Source: Nitrospirales bacterium | Lineage (GTDB): Bacteria > Nitrospirota > Nitrospiria > Nitrospirales > UBA8639 | DNA length: 64,000 nt | Assembly: GCA_965203295.1 (NCBI GenBank) | Contig: CBDBCZ010000019.1 | Coordinates: 224,001 to 288,000 of the forward strand | Direction of reading: 5' to 3' | Shown: positions 1-12,672 of the stretch, one piece after another | How the letters are laid out: the number at the start of each line of letters is the position of its first letter | Position numbering within the stretch: the first letter of the stretch is position 1 | Program-made: the position numbers and the translations under genes | The notes under the pieces: generated by a model | The model's input: only the letters and a program-made list of their open reading frames with translations | Database searches by the model: none | Told to the model about the DNA's origin: nothing

Positions 1-3000
1 GTCGATTATTGATCACAAACCTTACCTTTGTTTCCTGTGGTGCTTATATACAGAGGTTTGCAGGTTGGTTGTCCAGTGCAATAGGGAATGGAAAGTTGAG
101 TAGAAACTGTGTAAACTGTTAGCCTTTGATTCTGACAAGCCTAACCTAATTAAGTACTTGAGAGCCACTGCTTATTTGCCTTCTCCTGTGGACAACCAAC
201 TTGCAAACCTCTGTACCAGAAGAGTTGGCTGATACTGTTGTTCACGTTAACACTCTTTCTCTTTTTAAAATCGGAAATGGAGTAAAGGTTTCTCTCTTTC
301 TTGCGAACGTTTCTTCGCTTGAGTTCAGTCAATTGTGTGTGCGGAACGGTAGGGGCTATGGAGTGCTAGGCATCAATGTTGTCGGTAGATCATCAATCTC
401 AGGTTGTACGTTTGTCAGAAACAATGAATACACTTTTAGTGGATGCCACGGTGCTAACATTTCCGAATGCCAGGGTGGAAATGCTCTTTTTGTCTATGGT
501 GATTCAATCAATTGCTATGGCAGTGGGAAACACTTCAGTTTCAACATAGAAAGTGGTTCACTCTTTGCCTATGGTGTTGATCGAACAGGAAAGGAAATTA
601 GTCAGGGGAGTGGATTGGGATTAACACTGGGGCAGAGCGGCTTTGGCCTTCAAATCAATATTACTAATGTGACCAGTATTGGAAATGTGGCGTTTGAGGG
701 ATCCAATCTCTACTTTGGTATCTTTGACTCTGTAAGTAACTTGGACATCTCAATGGTGAACGTAGGTGGTTTGAATGGGAATGGAAAACCACTGGTACAA
801 GAAGGTGTGTACTTTGGAACTGGGGTGGGATTGTTGTATCACTATGGAATCCCACACCCGTACACTGTGCCATTATGCACTCTACCCACTGCATCACAGA
901 ACAATTTTAGTGTGAGAAATAGTTGGTTCACAGGAAATCATGGTAACTTTGGAGCAGGAGTGTATATTAAGCTATGGGCACCATTGGCTTCAAAACCTAG
1001 CTCTCTTGTAAATTTTACAGGTTGTATTATTAGCAACAATATTGGCGTTTCGCGTGGAATTGGTTTGTACATTTCAGAGGTAGAAAGGTTCAGCAGAGAC
1101 AGCTCAGCTTTCAGTGTGGTGCTTCAAGACACGATGGTGTCCAACAATGCTTTCACAAGTCCAGTGTATGATCTTAAGGAGTTGGATATTCTTTACACTA
1201 TTACTGCTTTCCTAGGAGTGCAAAATGTTAGGATTATTGGCTGTGATTTCAGCGACAACAACGTAACAGCACTGTATGCATTTGGAAGCAATCTGTTCTT
1301 TTCAGGCAATGTAACCTTTATAGGAAACGTAGGCATTAGTGGAGCTGGAATTATGCTAGATAATTCAGTTATGTATTTCCAGCAGCACACTACAATGAAG
1401 TTTGCATACAATCGCGCACTTTTGACCGGAGGGGCAATATATGTTGTCACCCATGCAAATGATCCATCAAGACACACCTGCTTTTTTCAGATAGACACCA
1501 GTCCTTTCCTTTCTTTGGAACAACTTGACATTAGAGTACTCTTCTGGGAGAACCGTGCAAACCTCTCTGGCAGTGACTTGTATGGGGGCTGGATAGACAG
1601 GTGCAACTTGATTACGGGTCCCGTTTTCCTGATTGACTCCGGCGCTGTATTTAACTCAACCTTCCATATAGAAAGAAAAAGTTTAAGTTCAAACACGTCT
1701 GTGATATCTTCTGTGCCAAATTTGGTGTGTGCGTGTGATAATGATCGTCCGGCTTGTGAACTCTCCTCGTATAACAAATCAGTTTATCCTGGTCAGAAGT
1801 TTTCTCTTCCAGTAATCGCTGTTGGACAGCGGCATGGAGTTTCTGTACCGGCAGATGTTGTCTTACTATTTAACACAGATGCGCCGGTACCCACCAGGTT
1901 TGGTAACTCGGAGAACCCTCAGACTACTGACATCACTTGCAAAAACTTGTCGTATTCGATTTCATCACCCAATAAATTTGAAACTGCTCACTTTCAAGTT
2001 CAAAATGCTGTCTTGCTGGAAATGACATGCCTGTTTAATATCACGCTTAAAGAATGCCCCCCAGGCTTTCAATTCTCTAATGAATCATTTCAATGTGACT
2101 GCACTCCATTGTTGAATGTCTTGTGCAATATCACCGATCAGACTTTAGAACGTGCAGGTAATGTGTGGATTGCGGCTTTGAATGGCAAATTTGTCATTTC
2201 TGATCCCTGTCCATTCGACTACTGTACACCATTTCACAAATCACCTCCTATTAACCCACGTTTTCCAAACAGCCAATGTGCCTTTCATCGCTCGGGTATC
2301 CTATGTGGAAACTGTAGTAGCAATAACAGCTTAGTCCTCGGCAGTTCTCGGTGTCGGAAATGTAGCAACAGCTTCATCGCTCTTTTGACCGCGTTTGCTC
2401 TAGCTGGCCTGGCCCTTGTGTTTTTCTTAATGTTCTTTAATCTTACAGTGTCAGTGGGCACTATCAACGGCCTCATCTTCTATGCAAATATAGTTGGGGT
2501 GAATTACGCCACTTTTTTCCCGGAAGGCAAAATTAACCTCCTAACAGTTTTTGTGTCATGGCTGAACCTTGATCTCGGAATTGAGACCTGCTTCTACATG
2601 GGAATGGATTCATACGCCAAGGCCTGGCTTCAGTTTGCATTTCCAATCTACATTTGGTTGATAATAGGATGCATCATTATCCTAAGCAGATACTCCGTAG
2701 TCGTTTCGAGGCTGTGTGGCTCCAACTCCGTGCCTGTGCTCGCAACGCTCATGCTTCTTTCCTTCACGAAAATCATGTCGGCCGTCATAACTGCTCTCCA
2801 GTTTGGAATTCTAGTTTATGAAGATGGCCACAGAGAAACTGTGTGGCGTTATGACGGCAACATCCGCTATTTCAGTGCCCGCCACTCTGTCTTGTTTGTT
2901 TGTGCTCTCGCTTTCCTTATTCCCTCAATCCTGTACATCTTATTTCTGTTGTTCTCGCAATGGCTTCTAGCCAAGGCGACTCCAAGGAATGCTCTGAGAT

Positions 3001-3584
3001 ATATTGCCAAGCTGAAACCTATAGTTGATGCTTACCATGGACCTTACAAAGATAAATATCGCTACTGGACTGGATTTATGCTTTTGGTTCGAGGAATTCT
3101 TTTTTTGATCTTTTCTACAACGTTCGAGATCAAAGGTGTCAACCAACTAGTAATTGCTGTATCAGTGTACGTACTGATTGCACTCCACTGGAGTGGCAGG
3201 GGAGTGTATAAAAAGAACTGGATGAACGTTCTCGAGTTTTCGTTTATTCTAAATCTCGGAATCCTCACAACTGCCACTTTGTTCAATGGCTTAGAGAGTG
3301 GAAAGCAGGCAGCAACAGTGTATACATCCGTTGGAATCGCTCTACTCACAGCTGTTGGGATACTGGCTTACCATGCCCACGCTCAAGTTCGACGAAAGTT
3401 TAAATGTGCACAGAATGTCGACATCCGTGCAAGCAGTTGTTGTCGTGAAGCAGAGCCTCTGTTAGAAAACAGTGATGAAACCGACCCGCTTTTGCATCGT
3501 GATCTAATCTTTCCGCCAGCCCCACACCGTTCCTCTGTACGCCCACACCCGATAAGCACTGCAGTGATTAACTCTGCACCGTAA
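1..3584 (+). CDS. Intronless beta-helix (Pmp-like GGAI/FxxN repeat) / Cys-rich / multi-TM receptor-like protein, copy 1; 5' end outside window, interrupted by a MITE at 51-213
   Basis: ORF 201-3584 has GGAIY/FxxN repeats, CPPGF, CPFDYC and QCAFHRSGILCGNC motifs, and many hydrophobic C-terminal segments. Bases 3-50 (RLLITNLTFVSCGAYI) are in the same frame and match copy 2 from ~5264. The MITE introduces an in-frame TAG at 120-122, so this is a pseudogene unless the MITE is spliced out. Confidence 0.8.
51..213. mobile_element. 163-bp MITE with ~25-bp TIRs and TA TSD (Tc1/mariner-pogo type)
   Basis: CAGAGGTTTGCAGGTTGGTTGTCCA ... TGGACAACCAACTTGCAAACCTCTG, with TA at 49-50 and 214-215. Absent from the paralogue. 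A second copy lies in the opposite orientation at 27592-27759. Confidence 0.92.
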
Positions 3585-3740
3585 TAATAGTTGTACTGTT
3601 TCATTAATTAACTGTGGTATCACACATGCACTGTATTATTGTATTGCACCAGTGTGTTTTTAATGATTGGTATACGATTCACATGTATTGGTATATTGAT
3701 TCTTGAAATAAAAATATTTCCTCTCAATTGATTTATCATG

Positions 3741-4098
3741 TCACCGCTTCACAAAAACATCCTTCTCCTCTCCATTCTCTACTCTCGATAGTTCCAGGGC
3801 CCTTTTGCTTGCTGCATGTACAGCATCCATCATAATTCCTCTAAATCCAGCTTTTTCCATTGTGCGAATGGCCTGGATTGAAGTGCCAGCGGGAGAGCAC
3901 ACTTCGTCTTTTAGCTACAGTATGTTTGTATGCATGTGTGAATATATATGCATTGTGCACACAAGCGCTATAAGTATGGAGACTGTATATTGTGGAGATT
4001 TTACAATAATAATATTGGCATGTATACCTTTACCCCTCGCATAACAGCTATTTATAGGTCTTTTTCAACTCACCGTCATTGTGTATGCGGTTAGTTTC
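3741..4098 (-). pseudogene. Duplicated 3' fragment of PYCR (last exon 3741-3914 plus the 3' end of exon 5; exon 6 deleted)
   Basis: Near-identical to 8871-9044 (LKDEVCSPAGTSIQAIRTMEKAGFRG...). 4066-4098 matches ~9482-9514. The segment corresponding to ~9128-9407 is missing. Confidence 0.85.
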
Positions 4099-4194
4099 CT
4101 TAATACATAGGTTTCATTATTTTAGAGGTGTCCTATGGGTTCTACTATATACTATGCTGTTTGTTACAGTTCCTTGTTGCTTACATGTACAAAG

Positions 4195-4329
4195 GTGAAA
4201 GACGCAGTCTCCTCCCCCGCTGGTACCACAATACACGGGATCCAGGTGCTGGAAAGAGCTGGCTTCCGCTCAGCACTCATGGATGCCTTAAAGACGGCCA
4301 AGGATAGGGCAGAACAACTTAGACAGTGA
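4195..4329 (+). pseudogene. Terminal exon of a second, divergent pyrroline-5-carboxylate reductase paralogue (orphan here, or the last exon of a gene starting upstream of the window)
   Basis: AG acceptor at 4193-4194, then VKDAVSSPAGTTIHGIQVLERAGFRSALMDALKTAKDRAEQLRQ*, containing the P5CR SPxGTT motif. The phase-0 intron position is the same as in the minus-strand PYCR. Confidence 0.75.
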
Positions 4330-4398
4330 CTGCTACTCCCAGTGATTATTGTTTTGTTATAACGTTCACTTACTGGTGTAGATTCTGTCTAATCTCTA

Positions 4399-4495
4399 TA
4401 GTCTCGTTCCCAGCCCCACAATCAAGGCTGAGGATCGCTTACGTGGATACTGTAAGCGATCCTTAGACTTGATTGTGGGGCTGGGAACGAGACTA
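4399..4495. mobile_element. Hairpin mini-element of the TAG..CTA family
   Basis: TAGTCTCGTTCCCAGCCCCACAATCAAG ... CTTGATTGTGGGGCTGGGAACGAGACTA; almost wholly palindromic. No clear TSD. Confidence 0.8.
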
Positions 4496-4864
4496 TACAA
4501 CTGCGGTCTTACCCCAGGTACAGGTCAGGGACTGCCTGTTTGTTGTTCATGTGTCTGAGGTGATGTAGTGCATGCATGGGAAATGATGATAGAAAAGAAA
4601 GACTTACAATAACAGTACAGTGCACTAAACTAATATTATGGTTTCTGATTCGACAGATGTGTGGTCTAGTGTGTGCACGTGCTTATACATCAGCTGACAT
4701 GATTACAAAGTCGAGCAGGTACGTTCAGTGTGTATGCTATAGCTATATCTACGCTCGTATACATAATGTATATACACCATATACCACTACAGATATGTGC
4801 TTTGAACACTGTACCATTAACCAGCAATATACTGATTGACCGTAACAGCATTGTGAGTTTCACC

Positions 4865-7800
4865 ATGCAAAATTTAATTATGGTAAACAGCTGTATTTTC
4901 CAGTTTTTGCTCGTTGCAATTCTTCTTGGAGTTTGTATAGTGTGCTGCAGGGCTGACATTATATACCATGTAACACCGAATTCCTCAGCATCCTGTCACG
5001 AAGCTACTCATGAATGTCATACTCTCCTCTTCTACGTACAAAATGCACGACAGTATTTTGTCTCAGACACCAGGTTCATCTTCTTGCCTGGGAATCACAG
5101 CTTGGACGTTGGAGAACTGGTTCTGATACAAAATGAGGCAAACCTGACACTGATTGGAAATGATACCCTTCTGCCTGTCCGGTACAATGAAGCGCAGTGG
5201 TTGGAATCGACAAGCAGGATCGTTTGTAGTAATTTCTCTGGATTTGCCTTTGCCAACATAAGTCGATTATCAATCACAAACCTCACCTTTGTTTCCTGTG
5301 GTGCTTATATATCAGACGACTGGGCTGATACTGTTTTTCATGTTCATACGCATTCTCTTTTTTTCATTGGGGCAAATGGATTAAAGGTTTCTCTTTTTCT
5401 TGTAAACATTTCGTCACTCGAGTTCAGTCAATTGTGTGTGCGGAATGGTAGGGGCTATGGAGTTCTAGGCATCAATGTTGTCGGTAGATCATCAATCTCA
5501 GGTTGTACGTTTGTCAGGAACAATGACTACACTCTAAAGCCAACTCCAGGTGAATGTTATGAGATTGAATGCCAAGGTGGAAATGCTCTCTTTGTCTATG
5601 GTGATCCATTCAACTGCTTTGACATTGGGGAACACTTCAGCCTCAGTATACAAAGTGGCTCACTCTTTGCCTATGGTGTTGATCAGAGTTTAGATCTTAT
5701 GGAAACAGCAATTCGCCGGGGGAGTGGATTGGGATTTAAACTGGGTCAGAGTACTTTTGGCCTTCAAGTTAATATTACCAATGTGACAAGTATCGGTAAT
5801 GTGGCTAAAGAGGGAGCCAACCTATACTTTAGCATATTCGACTCTGTAAGTAACTTAGACATCTCAATGGTGAATGTACACAGTATGAACGGGACTGCAG
5901 TTGATGTGTACAGTGGAACTGGAGTGGGACTGTGGTGTCACTATGGAACCCCACACCCGGATATTTTACAATTGTGCACACTACCCACTATGTACACATC
6001 ACAGATCGAATTTAGTGTGAGAAATAGTTGGTTTACAGGAAACTACGGCAACACTGGAGTAGGAGTGTATATCGACCTATGGGCACCGTTGGCTTCAAGA
6101 CCTACCCCTCTTGTAAATTTTACTGACTGTATTATTAGCAACAATGTTGGCACTTGGCATGACATGTACATGGGTTCTGGCATTTCGCGTGGAATTGGTT
6201 TGTTAATTTCAGAGAGGCTCAACAAAGACAGCTTAGTTTCCAGTGTGGTGCTTCAAGACACGATGGTGACCAACAATTCTTTTATACATCCAGTGGATCA
6301 TCTCCCTAAGGAGGAGTTGGATGGTCTTTTCTCTATTACTGCTTTCCTAGGAGTGCAAAATGTTAGGATCATTGGCTGTGATTTCAGCGACAACAAAGTA
6401 ACAGCACTGTATGCGTTTGAAAGCAATCTGTACTTTTCAGGCAATGTAACCTTCATGGGAAACATCGGCATTAGTGGTGGTGGAGTTGTGCTGGATAGTT
6501 CAGTTATGTATCTTCAGGAGCACACTACCATGACGTTTACGTATAATCGTGCACGTTTGACTGGAGGGGCAATATATGTTGTCACTCATGCAAATGATCC
6601 ATTGAGTCACACCTGCTTTTTTCAGATAGACACCAGTCCTTTCCTTTCTTTGGAACAACTTGACATTAGAGTTCTCTTCTGGGAGAACCATGCAGGGCTT
6701 TCTGGTAGTGTCTTGTATGGGGGGTGGATAGACAGGTGCAACTTGATCACAGGACCTGCTTTCGCTAAGTCAGGTACTGTGTTTAACTCTACCTTCCATA
6801 TAGAAAGACAAAGTTCGAACACGTCTGTGATATCTTCAGAGCCGAATTTTGTGTGTATGTGTGATAGTAATCATCCAGCCTGTGGATACTGCTATGACTT
6901 TATTGGTAAATCAGTTTATCCTGGTCAGAAATTTTCTCTTCCAGTAGTTGCTGTTGGGCAGAGGCAAGGAATTTCTGTACCAGCAGATGTTGTCTTATTA
7001 TTTGACACAGATGCGCCGGTACCCACCAGGTTTGGTAACTTGGAGAATCCCCAGACTACTGACATCACTTGCAAAAACTTGTCGTATTCGATTTCGTCAC
7101 CCAATAAATTTGAAACTGCTCACTTTAAAGTTCAAAATGCTGTCTTGCTGGAATGGCCATGCCGGTTTAATATCACGCTTAAAGAATGCCCCCCGGGCTT
7201 TCAATTGTCTAATGAATCATTTCAATGTGACTGTACTCCATTGTTGAATGTCTCATGCAATATCACCGATCAGACTTTAGAACGTGCAAGTAATGTGTGG
7301 ATTGCGGCTTTGAACGGCAAATTTGTCATTTCTGATCCCTGTCCATTTGACTACTGTACACCATTTCACAAATCATCACCTATTAACCCACGTTTTCCAA
7401 ACAGCCAATGTGCCTTTCATCGCTCGGGTATCCTATGTGGAAACTGTAGTAGCAATAACAGCTTAGTCCTCGGCAGTTCTCAGTGTCGGAAATGTAGCAA
7501 CAGCTTCATCGCTCTTTTGACCGCGTTTGCTCTAGCTGGCCTGGCCCTTGTGTTTTTCTTAATGTTCTTTAATCTTACAGTGTCAGTGGGCACCATCAAC
7601 GGTCTCATCTTCTATGCAAATATAGTTGGGGTGAATTACGCCACTTTTTTCCCGGAAGGCAAAATTAACCTCCTAACAGTTTTTGTGTCATGGCTGAACC
7701 TTGATCTCGGAATTGAGACCTGCTTCTATGTGGGAATGGATTCATACGCCAAGGCCTGGCTTCAGTTTGCATTTCCAATCTACATTTGGTTGATAATAGG

Positions 7801-8716
7801 ATGCATCATTATCCTAAGCAGATACTCCGTAGTCGTTTCGAGGCTGTGTGGCTCCAACTCTGTGCCTGTGCTCGCAACGCTCATGCTTCTTTCCTTCACG
7901 AAAATCATGTCGGCCGTCATAACTGCTCTCCAGTTTGGAATTCTAGTTTATGAAGATGGCCACAGAGAGACTGTGTGGCGTTATGACGGCAACATCCGCT
8001 ATTTCAGTGCCCGCCACTCTGTCTTGTTTGTTTGTGCTCTCGCTTTCCTCATTCCCTCAATCCTGTACATCTTATTTCTGTTGTTCTCGCAATGGCTTCT
8101 CGCCAAGGCAACTCCAAGGAATGCTCTGAGATATATTGCCAAGCTGAAACCTATAGTTGATGCTTACCATGGACCTTACAAAGATAAATATCGCTACTGG
8201 ACTGGATTTATGCTTTTGGTTCGAGGAATTCTTTTTCTGATCTTTTCTACAACGTTCGAGATCAAAGGTGTCAACCAACTAGTAATTGCTGTATCAGTGT
8301 ACGTACTGATTGCACTCCACTGGGGTGGCAGGGGAGTGTATAAAAAGAACTGGATGAACGTTCTCGAGTTTTCGTTTATTCTAAATCTCGGAATCCTCAC
8401 AACAGCTACTTTGTTCAATGGTTTAGAAAGTGGAAAGCAGGCAGCAACAGCGTATACATCCGTTGGAATCGCTCTACTCACAGCTGTTGGGATACTGGCT
8501 TACCATGCCCACGCTCAAGTTCGACGTAAGTTCAAATGTGCACAAAATGTCGACATCCGTGCAAGCAGTTGTTGTCGTGAAGCAGAGCCTCTGTTAGAAA
8601 ACAGTGATGAAACCGACCCGCTTTTGCATCGTGATCTAATCTTTCCGCCAGCCCCACACCGTTCCTCTGTACGCCCACACCCGATAAGCACTGCAGTGAT
8701 TAACTCTGCACCGTAA
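4865..8716 (+). CDS. Intronless beta-helix / Cys-rich / multi-TM receptor-like protein, copy 2 (intact, with signal peptide)
   Basis: Within the 1328-aa ORF. The CACC-ATG at 4865 is followed by a hydrophobic leader (FQFLLVAILLGVCIVCCRA-D). Same motif set as copy 1. Confidence 0.88.
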   Translation: MQNLIMVNSCIFQFLLVAILLGVCIVCCRADIIYHVTPNSSASCHEATHECHTLLFYVQNARQYFVSDTRFIFLPGNHSLDVGELVLIQNEANLTLIGNDTLLPVRYNEAQWLESTSRIVCSNFSGFAFANISRLSITNLTFVSCGAYISDDWADTVFHVHTHSLFFIGANGLKVSLFLVNISSLEFSQLCVRNGRGYGVLGINVVGRSSISGCTFVRNNDYTLKPTPGECYEIECQGGNALFVYGDPFNCFDIGEHFSLSIQSGSLFAYGVDQSLDLMETAIRRGSGLGFKLGQSTFGLQVNITNVTSIGNVAKEGANLYFSIFDSVSNLDISMVNVHSMNGTAVDVYSGTGVGLWCHYGTPHPDILQLCTLPTMYTSQIEFSVRNSWFTGNYGNTGVGVYIDLWAPLASRPTPLVNFTDCIISNNVGTWHDMYMGSGISRGIGLLISERLNKDSLVSSVVLQDTMVTNNSFIHPVDHLPKEELDGLFSITAFLGVQNVRIIGCDFSDNKVTALYAFESNLYFSGNVTFMGNIGISGGGVVLDSSVMYLQEHTTMTFTYNRARLTGGAIYVVTHANDPLSHTCFFQIDTSPFLSLEQLDIRVLFWENHAGLSGSVLYGGWIDRCNLITGPAFAKSGTVFNSTFHIERQSSNTSVISSEPNFVCMCDSNHPACGYCYDFIGKSVYPGQKFSLPVVAVGQRQGISVPADVVLLFDTDAPVPTRFGNLENPQTTDITCKNLSYSISSPNKFETAHFKVQNAVLLEWPCRFNITLKECPPGFQLSNESFQCDCTPLLNVSCNITDQTLERASNVWIAALNGKFVISDPCPFDYCTPFHKSSPINPRFPNSQCAFHRSGILCGNCSSNNSLVLGSSQCRKCSNSFIALLTAFALAGLALVFFLMFFNLTVSVGTINGLIFYANIVGVNYATFFPEGKINLLTVFVSWLNLDLGIETCFYVGMDSYAKAWLQFAFPIYIWLIIGCIIILSRYSVVVSRLCGSNSVPVLATLMLLSFTKIMSAVITALQFGILVYEDGHRETVWRYDGNIRYFSARHSVLFVCALAFLIPSILYILFLLFSQWLLAKATPRNALRYIAKLKPIVDAYHGPYKDKYRYWTGFMLLVRGILFLIFSTTFEIKGVNQLVIAVSVYVLIALHWGGRGVYKKNWMNVLEFSFILNLGILTTATLFNGLESGKQAATAYTSVGIALLTAVGILAYHAHAQVRRKFKCAQNVDIRASSCCREAEPLLENSDETDPLLHRDLIFPPAPHRSSVRPHPISTAVINSAP

Positions 8717-8870
8717 TAATAGTTGTACTGTTTTATTAATTAGCTGTGGTATCACACATGCATTGTATTATTGTATTGCACCAGTGTGTTTAATGATTGG
8801 TATACGATTCACAAGTATTGGTATATTGATTCTTGAAATAAAAATATTTCCACTCAATTGATTTATCATG

Positions 8871-11613
<2,743 letters not shown>

Positions 11614-12672
11614 TCTTGCTATAGCTAGACTACATGTGCGCTGCGTGAGATATCAGCAACACAAAGCCTATTGTGAACGTAATATTAGCATACCGTGTAC
11701 CGCGCATCACCACGTGGAGCACGATATTTTACCGGAAATGCTCATGTGCTGGGCGCGAGTAATTATATTAAAGGGTTTCTGAACCAGACGAGGGCACTTG
11801 CATATTATACATACACTAGCAGCTAACTTACCGGGTAATAATAGAGCAGGAGGATATGCGTCCATCCTCTGCGGATGTGGCTTTAACCACATCCCAGGAG
11901 GTCGAAATTGACGACTCCACGTGGCTCAAAATCTTCCCCTAAAGATTATGATAGCGTATACATGTACAGGTCGGTCACATTCACATAACGAGGCTACTAA
12001 AGAAAGCCTTTTACTCCCGTGCATCACTTTTGTAAGAGTAGAATCTGATTGGAATATTCTTTTGGTTATAAGACGGTTTGGACAAGTTTGTCACAAAAAC
12101 GTATCTTCGTGGATTGGATTAGGGGATTCGGCTCTTTCTAAGGTTCGAGTCTCGGAGAATACCCCGGTATAAGTCTCGGGTTGGCTCGCGAGACTAAAAC
12201 GCTTCCCTAGGCCATGGGCCTGGCACAATTGGCGGTCACTTTTCCCGGGAAACTTTTTCATTGGTTGCGTTTGTGCGCATGCGTAGTAGAATTGCCCGAA
12301 ATTTTGAATATGGCGGATTGCTAGAAGGATTCTTGAGTGAAAAATCAGCTTGTTCGCCCAGAGAGAAGTGGTTCGTCTTGGTTGACGTGCTGGTTAGCAA
12401 AAATATACTTGGGAAGGGTAAAGGACGTATTTAAAGGCTTTTTTAGCTTACAAAGCCTTTGTCTCAAAATGACGTCTTTGGTGTGAAAGCGCGAAGTGTC
12501 TAGCTAGCTACCTTGAGGGACAGTTAGCAGTTTAGCCTCAAGCCTACTTTAGAGGAGACTCCCGAGTAGTTTAAAAATCACCTCCACTTTTGCAGGAGAT
12601 GCAACGCTACCATTTCTACCTACAGATATCAACAGCTACAGAGGAAGTAAACAGGCACGCCCTTGAGGCAAG
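11614..12672. promoter_or_regulatory. Bidirectional promoter / 5' UTR region between PYCR and RAD21
   Basis: Divergent ATGs ~1.06 kb apart. CpG-rich patches, an NRF1-like TGCGCATGCG (~12274) and a YY1-like ATGGCGG (~12310). Probable RAD21 UTR intron (donor ~12418, acceptor ~12595). Confidence 0.55.

Noticed and set aside
4730..4864. ORF-track start at 4730 for receptor copy 2
   Set aside because: The signal peptide and good Kozak context begin at 4865; the upstream in-frame stretch looks like UTR.
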